This document shows, one piece after another, positions 25,512-37,509 of a stretch of DNA of 37,615 bases. The stretch lies in assembly GCA_950072105.1 (NCBI GenBank), contig CATMOE010000036.1, forward strand, positions 1-37,615, written 5' to 3'. Made by a program: the position numbers and the translations under genes. Source of the stretch: an uncultured Dehalococcoidia bacterium. GTDB taxonomy: Bacteria; Chloroflexota; Dehalococcoidia; Lucifugimonadales; UBA3495. The notes beneath the pieces were generated by a model. It saw nothing but the letters and a program-made list of their open reading frames with translations, ran no database searches and was not told where the DNA came from. Positions within the stretch are counted from its first letter, which is position 1. Each line of letters begins with the position of its first letter.

Positions 25512-27155
25512 CTACAGCCTGCCCAACTCCTCAACTGTCCCGTCCACGTAGAGGATACCCAGGGCGGCCAGTGCGGTTTGCCGTATCTGATCGGCCTGGG
25601 ACTCGTCTCCTAGAGAACTTAATCCGTCCAGCAATTGGGCCACGGTTTTCTCACCGTCAATCTTGGATACCAGGGCGGCGATCAGCCCGCTGCACGGTGT
25701 GCCCTCGGGCTGGCTTACCGTAGTCAGGACCGTCCCCCAGACGAACTCTCCCGCGCCCAGGACCGGCTTTCGCTGGGTTAGCGTTCCAGGGGCAAGCCGT
25801 GGGATGGCGGTCATTACTGGGTCTCCGGTATCGGTTCCGGAGCGCGCTGCTTCCCATCTCAACCGCCGCCGTTCCCGCTCCGACTCCACCTGGCGAACGC
25901 TGGAGGCGAATTCTAGGGGAGTTTCCCCTTGCTCCAGGACCGCCCGTTCGTACCCTCGAGGCGGTTGGCCGGCCACGGCCTGAATAAATGCCTGGCGGGG
26001 CGTGAAGTTTCCAGCGTCTTCCAGCAAGCGGCGTGCCTCCCAAAAATAAGAGTCCGATGTAAGGTTGCTTGAGTAAAACAACCGGGCCATCTCCCGAAAG
26101 TGCCCGTACTCTTTCAGGTATAGTTCATGGTAGGCAGCGGCGGCGGGCTCGGCTATCTCGGCATCTTTCAGCGCCGAGGTTACATAAGCCGCGGCTAGGA
26201 TGCCGGACATCAATGCCAGGTGGACGCCCGAGGAAAACAGGGGGTCCACGAAGCAGGCTGCGTCCCCCGCCAGCACATAGCCGTCCCCGGCCACCCGTTT
26301 GCATACGTAGGACCAGTCCTTAACGATGAACGGTCCGGACTCCAAGTGGGCGTCCCGAAGCATTTCGGAAGTGTGCGACGCTTGGGCCACTTGGGCTTCG
26401 AGGAATTCGCCTAAGCCCCCTTTGCTGATCTCCGACTGGCCGGTGGAGCTATCCACCACCGCTCCCACGCTGGTCCAGCCGGTGTGCAGCGGTATGCTCC
26501 AGAGCCAGCCGTTGGGATAGGCCTCGATGAATATGTTTGTCTCGTCGGGAGAAGGCAGGCGCTGCGCACCGGAGAAATAGCCGTACACGGCCAGGTTCTG
26601 GAAGAAAGAGTCCAATTGGCGCAGGTTCAGGTCCCTGGCCAGGACGCCGGCCTGACCGCTGGCATCCACTACGTACCGGCAGCGGACCGTGGCGGTTTCG
26701 CCGGTGTCAGATCGGTAGCGGACGCCGGTAGCTTTCCCACTCTCCCACAGCACCTCCACCACCCGGTGACCTTCGCGAACGTCCACTCCATGGGCGCGGC
26801 TGTTCTCTAGTAGCAGTTGATCGAACTGGGGACGCCAGACCTGGTAGGAGTGAGGATTGCGTTGGTTGGTTTCCTTGAAGTACCAACTCCAAGGAGTGGG
26901 GTCCGTCCCCCACACCATGGTAGCCCCCCACTTTTTCAGAAAACCGGCGGCTTCCACGGCGGGCAGCACGCCCAACTCTTCAAGCACTGGGATACTGGCC
27001 GGCAACAGCGACTCGCCGACGTGCTCCCGGGGAAATCTTTCCCTCTCCAACAGAAGCACGCTGACGCCCTGCCGGGCCAACATGGTGGCCGACGTGCTTC
27101 CCGCCGGCCCGCCGCCTATGACAACAACTTCACATGACTGGTCAGCTGTTGTCAT
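25512..27155 (-). CDS. Flavin-dependent halogenase family protein with a C-terminal PqqD/RRE-like domain
   Basis: GGGPAG, FPREHVGES, GFLKKWGA (catalytic Lys position), R.QFD..L, GWLWSIPL (WxWxIP) and GDAACFVDPLFSSGV. Tail ..LVSKIDGEKTVAQLL..L..LYVDGTV. Confidence 0.85.
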   Translation of the reverse strand: MTTADQSCEVVVIGGGPAGSTSATMLARQGVSVLLLERERFPREHVGESLLPASIPVLEELGVLPAVEAAGFLKKWGATMVWGTDPTPWSWYFKETNQRNPHSYQVWRPQFDQLLLENSRAHGVDVREGHRVVEVLWESGKATGVRYRSDTGETATVRCRYVVDASGQAGVLARDLNLRQLDSFFQNLAVYGYFSGAQRLPSPDETNIFIEAYPNGWLWSIPLHTGWTSVGAVVDSSTGQSEISKGGLGEFLEAQVAQASHTSEMLRDAHLESGPFIVKDWSYVCKRVAGDGYVLAGDAACFVDPLFSSGVHLALMSGILAAAYVTSALKDAEIAEPAAAAYHELYLKEYGHFREMARLFYSSNLTSDSYFWEARRLLEDAGNFTPRQAFIQAVAGQPPRGYERAVLEQGETPLEFASSVRQVESERERRRLRWEAARSGTDTGDPVMTAIPRLAPGTLTQRKPVLGAGEFVWGTVLTTVSQPEGTPCSGLIAALVSKIDGEKTVAQLLDGLSSLGDESQADQIRQTALAALGILYVDGTVEELGRL

Positions 27156-27200
27156 TTAGCTTCTTCAGAATCGTTCGATGTCCACCGGCGCGAGTCTGAC

Positions 27201-28469
27201 TTATTTAGACGCCTCGTCCGGCGCCGGGTCGATGGGCTTGTTTGTGGCCGGGTCGACTTCGAAGGGGCCGGGCAGCTCCAGTTCCTTGGCTATCTCGCGC
27301 ACCGCTGGAATGACTTCCTCTCCCATCAGGCGCAGGCTGCGCATGGCGTCGTCGTGGGTCATAGCACCGTCGCCGTCCCAGAAGAAGATGCTGCCGGGGC
27401 GGAGGTACTCCAGGACGTGGCGAATCTTGGGTATGACGGTTTTGGGCGTTCCGCAGATGATGGTGTAATCTTCAATCTGCTGCTCGTAGGGCCGGCCCAG
27501 CACTCCGGCGACTCCGCCGCCACCGCCTCGGGCGGCGGTGGCCACGGCTTGGGTCGGCAGGACTCTTCTTCGCGATGTTAAGCCGGGCAGATTGACCAGC
27601 GCCGGGTTAACGGTGCCTTCGTTGCCCGCCAGGAAGGGGTTACTGGGGCCTTGAACGTACTTCCTTCCGGTCGCCTCGGCCAGTTCCTCGGTCTCGTCCA
27701 CGTGGACCTTCCACAGGTACCCCAGATTCTGAGGACCTGATTCGTAGCCGTGTTCGGCGGCGGTGTCGCGGTAAAGCTGGAAGGCTTGCTTGGTGGGGTC
27801 CATCTCCGTGGCCAGCATGATGTAAGGGATGCGCTTCTCCGCCGCCCACATTAGGGAGTCCCTGCTCACCACGCCGGGAAGCCAGATGGGGGGATGGGGT
27901 TTCTGGTACGGTTTGGCCCACGGATTGACATGCCGGTAGTTGTAGTGCTTGCCCTCCCAGCGGAAGGGACCGGGAGTGGTCCAGGCCTTTACGATAAACT
28001 CATGGGCTTCTTGGAACCGCTCCCAGTTGTAGTGGGGTTCAATGTTGTGGGACACGCTTTCCCGTCCGGTGCCGCGCACCCAACCGGAAACCAGCCGGCC
28101 ATGGGAAATCATGTCGATCATCGACAGTTGCTCCACCAGCAATAGTGGGTCGTCCCAAATCGGAATGATGTTTCCCAGGAGAACGATCTTGGCCCGCTTG
28201 GTGATTCGGGCCAGGATGGATGCTTCGACGTTCATGGCGCCGCCCATGCAGAAGGCGGTGTTGTGATGCTCGTTGAGCATCAACCCGTCGAAACCCATTT
28301 CCTCGGCGTAGATCTTCTCGTCCAAGTACCGGTTGAAAAGGCCGGCCGCCAAGATTGGATCAAACATTTCGTTGCTGACGGTAAGATCCATGATGGGTTT
28401 TCCCGTCGCCCCAAAGAACCCGGTTCGTTCGTCTTGGTAGGGCCTTTCGGTGAAATAGCCTATGAACAT
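27201..28469 (-). CDS. LLM-class flavin-dependent oxidoreductase
   Basis: AEEMGFDGLMLNEHH, SMIDMISHGRL..GWVRG, PYQKPHPPIW and GTP.TV..KI. Confidence 0.92.
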   Translation of the reverse strand: MFIGYFTERPYQDERTGFFGATGKPIMDLTVSNEMFDPILAAGLFNRYLDEKIYAEEMGFDGLMLNEHHNTAFCMGGAMNVEASILARITKRAKIVLLGNIIPIWDDPLLLVEQLSMIDMISHGRLVSGWVRGTGRESVSHNIEPHYNWERFQEAHEFIVKAWTTPGPFRWEGKHYNYRHVNPWAKPYQKPHPPIWLPGVVSRDSLMWAAEKRIPYIMLATEMDPTKQAFQLYRDTAAEHGYESGPQNLGYLWKVHVDETEELAEATGRKYVQGPSNPFLAGNEGTVNPALVNLPGLTSRRRVLPTQAVATAARGGGGGVAGVLGRPYEQQIEDYTIICGTPKTVIPKIRHVLEYLRPGSIFFWDGDGAMTHDDAMRSLRLMGEEVIPAVREIAKELELPGPFEVDPATNKPIDPAPDEASK

Positions 28470-28511
28470 CTTCCTCTCCTTCCGGTCTCACCGGAGAGCC
28501 AAGTCAGCGCG

Positions 28512-28520
28512 ATTATATCA
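28512..28520 (-). promoter_or_regulatory. Extended -10 promoter for the LLM-halogenase pair
   Basis: TGaTATAAT on the minus strand about 43 nt upstream of the ATG at 28469. Confidence 0.55.
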
Positions 28521-28547
28521 CTGTAGATTTCAGGTAAGACCGGCCGA

Positions 28548-29348
28548 TCAGGCCGCTAGAAACTCCTTGACCAACTGAAGGAATTCCTCGGTTTTCTCGA
28601 TCTCCGGATGGTGGCCGCAGTTGTCTATGACGGCCAGCCTCGAACCTTGGATATTCTCATGGTAAACCTGTCCGGCGCTCAACGGCACAATGGCATCTTC
28701 CTTGCCCCACACCACCAAAGTTGGGAGAGTTTTAAGGCGGTGCAGCAGATGGGAGAGTCCGGGATAGTGCATGTAGGGCCGCCAACTCATCCGGGAGGCC
28801 TCCTCCCTAGCAACTTCCCATCTTTCGACCAATTCGGGTGTGGGCTCGTCGGGGCAGATGGTGGAGAATTCGGATGTAGTGTCCGGGTCAAGAATCCCCT
28901 TTAAGATGAACTCTTTGGCCACCACCAAGAACATGTCGAAAATCTCTCCGGTGGGAGGCCGAATGCCGGCGGGGCCCACCAGGATCAACTTTTTAAACGT
29001 TTGCGGGCTCATGGTCGCCATTTCGGCCGCCAGCCATCCTCCCAAGGAGATGCCCATAAGGTTAACCCGGTCTAACCCCAAGTCGTCCAGCACTTCCAGA
29101 TACCAACCCGCCATGTCCCGCATGTTCATGATCCACTCTTGCCGCACGGTATCGCCGAAGCCGGAGTGGGACGGGATATAGAGGGTGTAGTCTTGGGCCA
29201 GAGCCTGGTGGTAATTCAACCAGCCGGGATGCCCCAACTCGTCGTGGAGGATGAGCAAGGGTTCACCGTCTCCCCCCTTTACCAGTTGAACGGCGCCGCC
29301 GGCCGCTTCCACGATCTTTTCGCTCCAGATCTGAGCACTCGTGGCCAT
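28548..29348 (-). CDS. Alpha/beta hydrolase
   Basis: LLILHDE.G, GISLGG, WGKEDAIVP and GHHP. AGGAGG RBS before the ATG at 29348. Confidence 0.9.
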   Translation of the reverse strand: MATSAQIWSEKIVEAAGGAVQLVKGGDGEPLLILHDELGHPGWLNYHQALAQDYTLYIPSHSGFGDTVRQEWIMNMRDMAGWYLEVLDDLGLDRVNLMGISLGGWLAAEMATMSPQTFKKLILVGPAGIRPPTGEIFDMFLVVAKEFILKGILDPDTTSEFSTICPDEPTPELVERWEVAREEASRMSWRPYMHYPGLSHLLHRLKTLPTLVVWGKEDAIVPLSAGQVYHENIQGSRLAVIDNCGHHPEIEKTEEFLQLVKEFLAA

Positions 29349-29585
29349 ATCAGTGTTTCCTCCTGAAAGTAGGTGTTCCAGCAGCCCTATTGCCCGAGGC
29401 TGCCTGGAGCGGAGAAACGCTGGTGCAGCGCCTCGCTTACCACCCCAAGCATGATAGCACGAGCGGCGTGATATTTGTGGGGAAGTAGCCGAAATGTTCG
29501 GCTTGAATCGATTGGTCCGATTTAAGCATCCCATGATTAACCTGGGGTCAAAAGAAACTCGGCTTGCCGAAAGAGGCGTCGCCGG

Positions 29586-30987
29586 ATGGCTGGAATGTTG
29601 TTAAGGGAAATATGTTGGGCGTGGCACAGGCGTGCCGGCCTGGCACTTGCCGGCTCGGCTTTGATAATCGCGTGCGGTGGCTCCGCGCAGCCGGGTGACT
29701 CCGCCGCGACCCCGGCGGAGTCACCCGCCGCCGCAACGGGTGTGCCTTTCGTTAGCACGTCATCACCCGCCGCCACAAAAGGCTCGAGCCCGGCTGCGGA
29801 CACGACCCCCTTGAATCCCCGGTCGCCAACAGCGCGGGCATCCGCGCCATCTCTTCAGGACACTCCAACCGCAACTCCTCCTAAACGGGGCCGCGTGGTG
29901 ATTCCAGTAGGGGAATTCCCTTTGGTCGATTCCAGCCTCCATAGCGTGTCTCTGTCCGACATATTGTTCGACACGTTTGGCGGGTCGCCGCGCTTTCTGC
30001 CATTGGATCGGGCTAAAGAAGATAGGATCCTGGCTCTCCGGGACGCGATCGTGCCCATTCTCCATCCGGAATACGGGGCGGCGGGAGATCTGTCTTGGAT
30101 GAAGGACGATAGCTTGGTCATGGGTTACGTCTCGGGAGAAGACACGTACGCTTATCCCATCAACGTGTTGAACATGCACGAGATAGTCAACGACGTGATT
30201 AACGGTGTCCCCGTGCTTATTACTTACTGCCCTCTGTGCTTCAGCGGCGCGGTCTACGACCGGGAGCTGGACGGGAAGCTGTTGACCTTCGGCAATACTA
30301 GCGCCCTGTACCAGTCTGACTTAGTGATGTACGACCATCAAACGGGCTCTTACTGGTTCCAGGCTGCGGGAGAGGCCGTGGTTGGCGAGTTGACGGGCTC
30401 CCGCCTGAATCTGTTGTCGCCTTTCACGATGGCCTGGGGGGAGTGGAAGCGCTTGTACCCTCAGACCCAACTGCTGACAGGAATACAAGGTTCGCCGACA
30501 ATGTTCAGCAGCAGGCGATATTCCAGGGGTTTCGGCGGAGATTATCAGAGCCGGATCAACGATGAGAAGTTCATTTTTCCGGTGAATGAAAAGAAACTGG
30601 ATCCACGTCTGTCCGCCGGGGAGATAGTTTTGACGGTGGAAGTGGGCGGCGAGGTCACCGCATTTCCATTGGAAATAATCGGCGACGGTGTCGTGAATCA
30701 CCAAGTGGGCGCCGAGCCGATGGCGGTCTTTATCCGGGCTGATGGCGGGGCCGTGGGCGCGTTTTCTCGAGTGATCGACGGCAAAACACTGACCTTCGAG
30801 TATCGGCAGGACCGTCAAGTTTTCGTTGACCGGGAGACGTCCAGTATCTGGGGCGGGGCGGGCTACCGGCGGTCCGATGTCCGGCGTCCAATTAACCAGG
30901 TTGAACACACGGCGGTCATTCTGGTTTTCCATCGCCATCGCCCTTCCCGGTGTTGATGTTTACACCCACCGGCAAAGCGGATTTTAG
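29586..30987 (+). CDS. DUF3179-family lipoprotein, frameshifted near the 3' end
   Basis: Lipobox LIIAC, low-complexity linker, AYP..VL..HEIVND, TYCPLC, LYQSDLVMYDHQTGS.W.Q. After about 30855 the family C-terminus (GRATGGPMSG..L....SFWFS....P) is in another frame and ends at TAG 30987. Start codon uncertain. Confidence 0.8.
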
Positions 30988-31020
30988 GCTGTCTCGGGCC
31001 CCTGGCGCCATTGGATTTTC

Positions 31021-31049
31021 TTGACACCCCCTAGGGATTGTGATAAGTT
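31021..31049 (+). promoter_or_regulatory. Sigma70 promoter for hppA
   Basis: TTGACA-17 nt-TAAGTT with a TGn extension. Confidence 0.65.
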
Positions 31050-31095
31050 TCGCACGCCTAAATCCTGGGATTTTGTGGGTGTAGAGGAACGATTT

Positions 31096-33123
<2,028 letters not shown>

Positions 33124-33277
33124 CCGGCCCACCGGGGTTTATCTCAACATCAAGCGGCGTAGTTCGCCCCGATTATATCGGGGATACCACGAATGCGAGA
33201 ATTTCGCTTGGTCTGGGTTGAGCGATGACCAGCTGCGCCGCCATTACAACCCCCGCCACCGCACGTTGACTAGGCCG

Positions 33278-33316
33278 GGGTGATGGTGACAGCCATCCCG
33301 GCTGTCACCATCACCC
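33278..33316. terminator. Perfect 17-bp hairpin between convergent genes (terminator-like)
   Basis: GGGTGATGGTGACAGCC-ATCCC-GGCTGTCACCATCACCC, with no U-tract on either side. Confidence 0.6.
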
Positions 33317-33338
33317 ATTGGCCGCTTGATCCTTACGA

Positions 33339-34007
33339 CTATGCGATCCACGTCCGCACCTTTGCCCACATTGCCGGTTGCATGATATTTTCAGCTATCC
33401 GGGTCAGGCGTTGGAAAACCTCGGGCGGTGCATTCGCCTTTATGTTCTTGAGGACCATGGAAATCTCATCGGGGTTGTAGCTGGCGCACATCTCGGGTAA
33501 AAATTCGCCCCTCGTGCGTCCCGGAGGAATGTCCCTGGCGATCGCCGCGCGAATCTCGATCAACTCTGAGTCGGTAAAATTGTCCCAGAGGACCATTTGC
33601 AGCTCGGTTTCCTCACGGTACAGGTGGCCTAGATACATCCCAACGTACGCGTTGAATCGCTCATGCAACTCTATTCCCAGCGCCACCCGTTGGGCCTCGC
33701 CGGCGTTTTTGATCCGGGCTCCGAGTTGCTCGATCTCCGCGATCAACGGTTCGTCCTCTTCATGGTCTTCGGCGAATCCGGCCGTGACGCCTGGCAGTTT
33801 TCTCTCCAGGGCTCGGTGTATGTGGGTATCCTCGTAACCTCTGTGTTCCCGTAGAAATCCGATGGTCCGGTCCAGATCGGCCAAGCATTCTTGGGTTACG
33901 TCTTCATCGGTGAAGTCTGCTAGACCAACCTGGCGGGATGTCGAAAACAAGATGTGGCGAATGGCCTTATGGATGGGTCGGTAGATCGGATATCGCTGTT
34001 CAGTCAA
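33339..34007 (-). CDS. Hemerythrin/HHE-domain protein
   Basis: IY..IHKAIR, H..YED, DH.E.E and HL.REE metal-ligand pattern. GAGGAGG RBS supports the TTG at 34007 rather than 34130. Confidence 0.8.
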   Translation of the reverse strand: MTEQRYPIYRPIHKAIRHILFSTSRQVGLADFTDEDVTQECLADLDRTIGFLREHRGYEDTHIHRALERKLPGVTAGFAEDHEEDEPLIAEIEQLGARIKNAGEAQRVALGIELHERFNAYVGMYLGHLYREETELQMVLWDNFTDSELIEIRAAIARDIPPGRTRGEFLPEMCASYNPDEISMVLKNIKANAPPEVFQRLTRIAENIMQPAMWAKVRTWIA

Positions 34008-34093
34008 AGTGATGTCCTCCTCGTTGCTAGGTAGAGTCTCAGTAAAGGCTTGATCCGGAATTCCGCAGATCAAGCAGATTTCCCTGAACATTT

Positions 34094-34462
34094 CTACAGC
34101 GTTTTGGCTTGTTCCAAACGCTCGTACCACACGGACCGCGCCTTGGCGAGGTCCTCGTTAACCCGGTCCCGATGGGTCATTCCTGGGCCAGACAGCCAGT
34201 CATCGAATGCCAGAAAGCCCCGTGCTATTCTGGCCGGAAGGGCCTCCTTGCGTGGGGCGGCCCAAACTTCGGCCGGATCCTCTATCGTGGTAATGCGCTC
34301 TTCTTGTAATTGGGCTTTGGTAACTTCCTCTGGGCTGAGCAGGGCGCTCCGGCTCTCTTCGATCTCCGAATAGGCCGTGATGGATGCTGTGTGGTATGGA
34401 TTTGTCATGACCATGATGTCTCCTTTCGGCTCGTTCTGGTTAAATTTGGTCTGAGTTGCCAT
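34094..34462 (-). CDS. Small hypothetical protein (C-terminal FDDWLSGPGMT.RDR segment)
   Basis: Strong AGGAGGT RBS before the ATG at 34462, a second AAAGGAG RBS before the ATG at 34414, co-oriented with the hemerythrin gene. Confidence 0.6.
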   Translation of the reverse strand: MATQTKFNQNEPKGDIMVMTNPYHTASITAYSEIEESRSALLSPEEVTKAQLQEERITTIEDPAEVWAAPRKEALPARIARGFLAFDDWLSGPGMTHRDRVNEDLAKARSVWYERLEQAKTL

Positions 34463-34573
34463 CGTGCTACCTCCTTCTTGCTTGGCCATAGGTTAGCTGT
34501 CGGGACTGACACCACACATCGAGAGAGTTCGGTATTTTTGCGCCCGGACCCAAAACCAGGATGGCGAGCGGCT

Positions 34574-34591
34574 ATACCTAGAATTAGGTAT
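34574..34591. promoter_or_regulatory. NarL/LuxR-type 7-2-7 palindromic operator
   Basis: A-TACCTAG-AA-TTAGGTA-T, between the LuxR-HTH gene and the next gene downstream. Confidence 0.6.
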
Positions 34592-34713
34592 TGGTAGGGC
34601 ATAATGGTTACGGCGGGGTATCTAAGTGCTTTGGGATCGCGGATCACCGCGAGGGAATGATGAGGCTGAAGCCGGAGAGCTTAGGGGTATTCGGGTGTGG
34701 GAGGACGTAGATA

Positions 34714-37433
34714 CTAGATCAGATTAAGCCGGGCGGCGTACGCCGTGGCCTCGGTTCGGTTTACCACGTTGGTCTTATTCAGTATATTTCGCACGTGCGT
34801 GCTCGCTGTCGACACACTGATGGACAGCTCCTCGCCGATCTCCCGGTCGGTCTTGCCGGCGGCAACGAGGCGCAGCACCTCGACCTCCCGCTGGGTCAGG
34901 CCGTCGGGATAGGACGGGGCCGTCGACGGCCGGGCCTGAATCCGCTCCAGCCACTCGGTTACTCGCTCCATCAAGGGCCGCATGCCCAGCTCGCTGGAGA
35001 TGGCCAAGGACTCGTCCAACAGGGATATGGCCTCGGCACGATCCCCCTCAGCATTGCGCTCTCTTAGCAAGTCGGCGTAGTCGCAGCAGCTCCAGGCCAG
35101 TTCCGGCCGGTAACCGGCTTTCCGGCAGAAGGTCAGGGCTTCCTCGAAATGGGCCATGGCTTGGTCCAGGTTGCCCATAGTCTGTGACAGGAGGCCGAGA
35201 AGGCGGTCCACCGATGATACGGTCTCAATCATCGTGCCTCGGTGCCCCTGAAGATAAGCATAATGCTCCGCCGCCGCAGATTGGTCGTTCTTACTCACGG
35301 CCAGCAGGGCCAACCCCACCTTGGCGTCCATTGCATCACGAGGGGTAACAGACCGTGCTGAGAGAACCTCCTCTGCCGTTGCCTCGGCTATTTCCAACCG
35401 GTCTTGGACACCAGTGATGCGGGCTATTGCGGGTATCGCGATAGACGCCTTTACAGACGCGCTTAATTGGCCTGGCCCTGGTCGGTACATCGCCTCGAGG
35501 AGCCCATGTAGGTAGACTTCTCCTTGGGCGGACTCCCCCGTCTCATTTTCCAGCATGACTCGAGCCAGTAGGAGTGAAATGTGTAGTGGTGACACTTCCA
35601 TGGCCCGGTCGCTGTATTCGCGGCCTGCTCGCCAGTCGCCCTCAAGGCACGACAGGGACGCGATATGGGACAAGCCGACAGCAAAGCTTCGCGGGGTGCT
35701 TCGCCTCTCCACCATGTCCCGCAGGACCAAAGCTTGCGGGCGGGCCGCATCAAGTTCACCCATACGTAGTAAACTCGACACGATCGAGAATCTAGGAGCC
35801 AGTGCAGAAAAGGGGCTTTCATCACCTATGGCCAGTTCGATGGCCCGCAGCCCGTGATCTACGCTATCTTGCCAGTGGAGGTGTCGCCCGCTCACACCAG
35901 CGGCATCGGCCAAGGCTTGCGCCTCTAAAGGCAGGTCCCCCTCACGCCTGGCGATGGCGATTGCTCGCCCCAGGGCCTGTTCAGCGCCTTCATAGTCATT
36001 TTCCGCACCGCCAAGGACCCCCCGTAGCGAGAGAGGAGGCGCCCTGCCTCGTGGGATTCGGCCGGGACCAGAGTAAGGGCACGAGCAATAAGCTGAGCTA
36101 CCCCTGGAATCTGAAAAAATGAGGGCGCGAACGGAAACTCCGCAGCGGCCACCGCTAGGGCGACATTCCCCGCCTCGGCATAGTACTCGAAGGCGCGGCT
36201 TATGGTAGCGAAGACTTCACCAAGCTGACGTCCCTCGAATGTGGCGGACTGGCCCCGCGCCAGTCCGAACAGCAGGGCCGCCGCCTCTTCATCGGATGCC
36301 GCCTCCGTTCCGGACAGGCTTATGTCCCGCGCAACCAGGCCACTTTCAAAATGAGCAAGGGCATCTTCGTAGGCATAGGCGGCCAGCGCTCGCTCTCCAG
36401 CCATTAGGGAGTAGCGCGCCAGCTTATCGGCTCCCAGTTCGGTCTGGGCCTCGGAAAAATGGTGGGCCAGCTCGGCGGCATGAATCTTGGCGCCATCTCC
36501 GTAAAGCTCTTCCAGCGCCAGGGAGATCCGGGCGTGGAGCCGTACCCGCCGTGTGGTGGATAGCTCCTCCAAGAGAGTTTCTCGTATCAAAGCGTGGGTA
36601 AACTGGTAACGGCCCACAGATCGAGGCAATTCCTCGATCAAATGAGCGCCCACCGCCTCGTCCATCGCAGCCAGGAGTTGGTCCTCAGCGGTATCGCCCA
36701 TCAATGAATTCAGCAACCTGAACTCGCACTCTTGGCCAATGACTGCGGCGGTAGTCAACATCTGATTGCATCTATCCGACAGTCGGTTGAGACGCCTGCC
36801 GATGGCATCGCGAACACCTTCGGGGATGACGCTGGACCAGCCTTGGTCTCCAGTTATATGGTCCAGCGTGACCTGGCGTGTTATCTCACCGATAAAAAAC
36901 GGATTGCCATCGGTGCGCTTATGTATGACTTCCGCAGCTTCGAGAGGTAGGGTGATTCCCGCGCTGCCTTCGACCAGTTCCCCGACCTCTTGCTGGGTCA
37001 GGCCATCCAGTTGCACCCTGTGGAAAATCTGCTCTCGAACGAGGGTTCCAAGGGTCTGGGACAACGGATGGCGCCGGGAAACCTCGACGTCGCGGTAAGA
37101 GCAGACCAGCAACAATCTGCTGGTCCCAATCTCCCGGGCCAGAAACTCCAGAAGTAGCAGGGACGACCGATCGGCCCAGTGCAGGTCATCCAGCACCAGC
37201 ATGAGGGGTTGACGTTGAGCCGCGTTCTTCAGGAAGGTGGTGATGGAGTCGAAAAGACGGAAACGGGCCTGCTCCGGATCCAGGACCGGAGGCGTTCCCA
37301 GGACCGGTAGTTTACCCCGAATCTCGGTTACGATCTCGGCGATGTTGGTGGCGCCGGATCCCATCTCCCCGGTAAGTTGTTCCGCAGTGGCTTCCTGAAC
37401 GTAGGCCCGCATGAGCTGGACCCAGGGCCAGTG
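34714..37433 (-). pseudogene. STAND/MalT-like ATPase-TPR-LuxR HTH regulator, 5'-truncated and frameshifted
   Basis: WPWVQ, LVLDDLHWAD (Walker B), T.GNPFF, YQFTHALIRE, TPR-like helices and LTQREVEVLRLVA.G.TDREI..L.IS..T..THV.NI..K. One base missing in the run at 36018-36023. No Walker A upstream of about 37433. Confidence 0.82.
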
Positions 37434-37509
37434 GACACAATCGAACCACCGATTTAGCTTCGCGGTACACCGGTAAAATAACACCCTGAGGAGGTTCCCG
37501 GGCGACGGG

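Noticed and set aside
29349..29534. Upstream extension of the hydrolase ORF
   Set aside because: The sequence is not family-like, and a strong RBS sits before the ATG at 29348.
34008..34130. Upstream extension of the hemerythrin ORF
   Set aside because: Overlaps the upstream small gene, and the GAGGAGG RBS supports the TTG at 34007.
34094..34462. Small orphan protein as the precursor peptide for the halogenase
   Set aside because: It is about 7 kb away in a different transcription unit and has no recognisable leader/core structure. Nothing supports the link.
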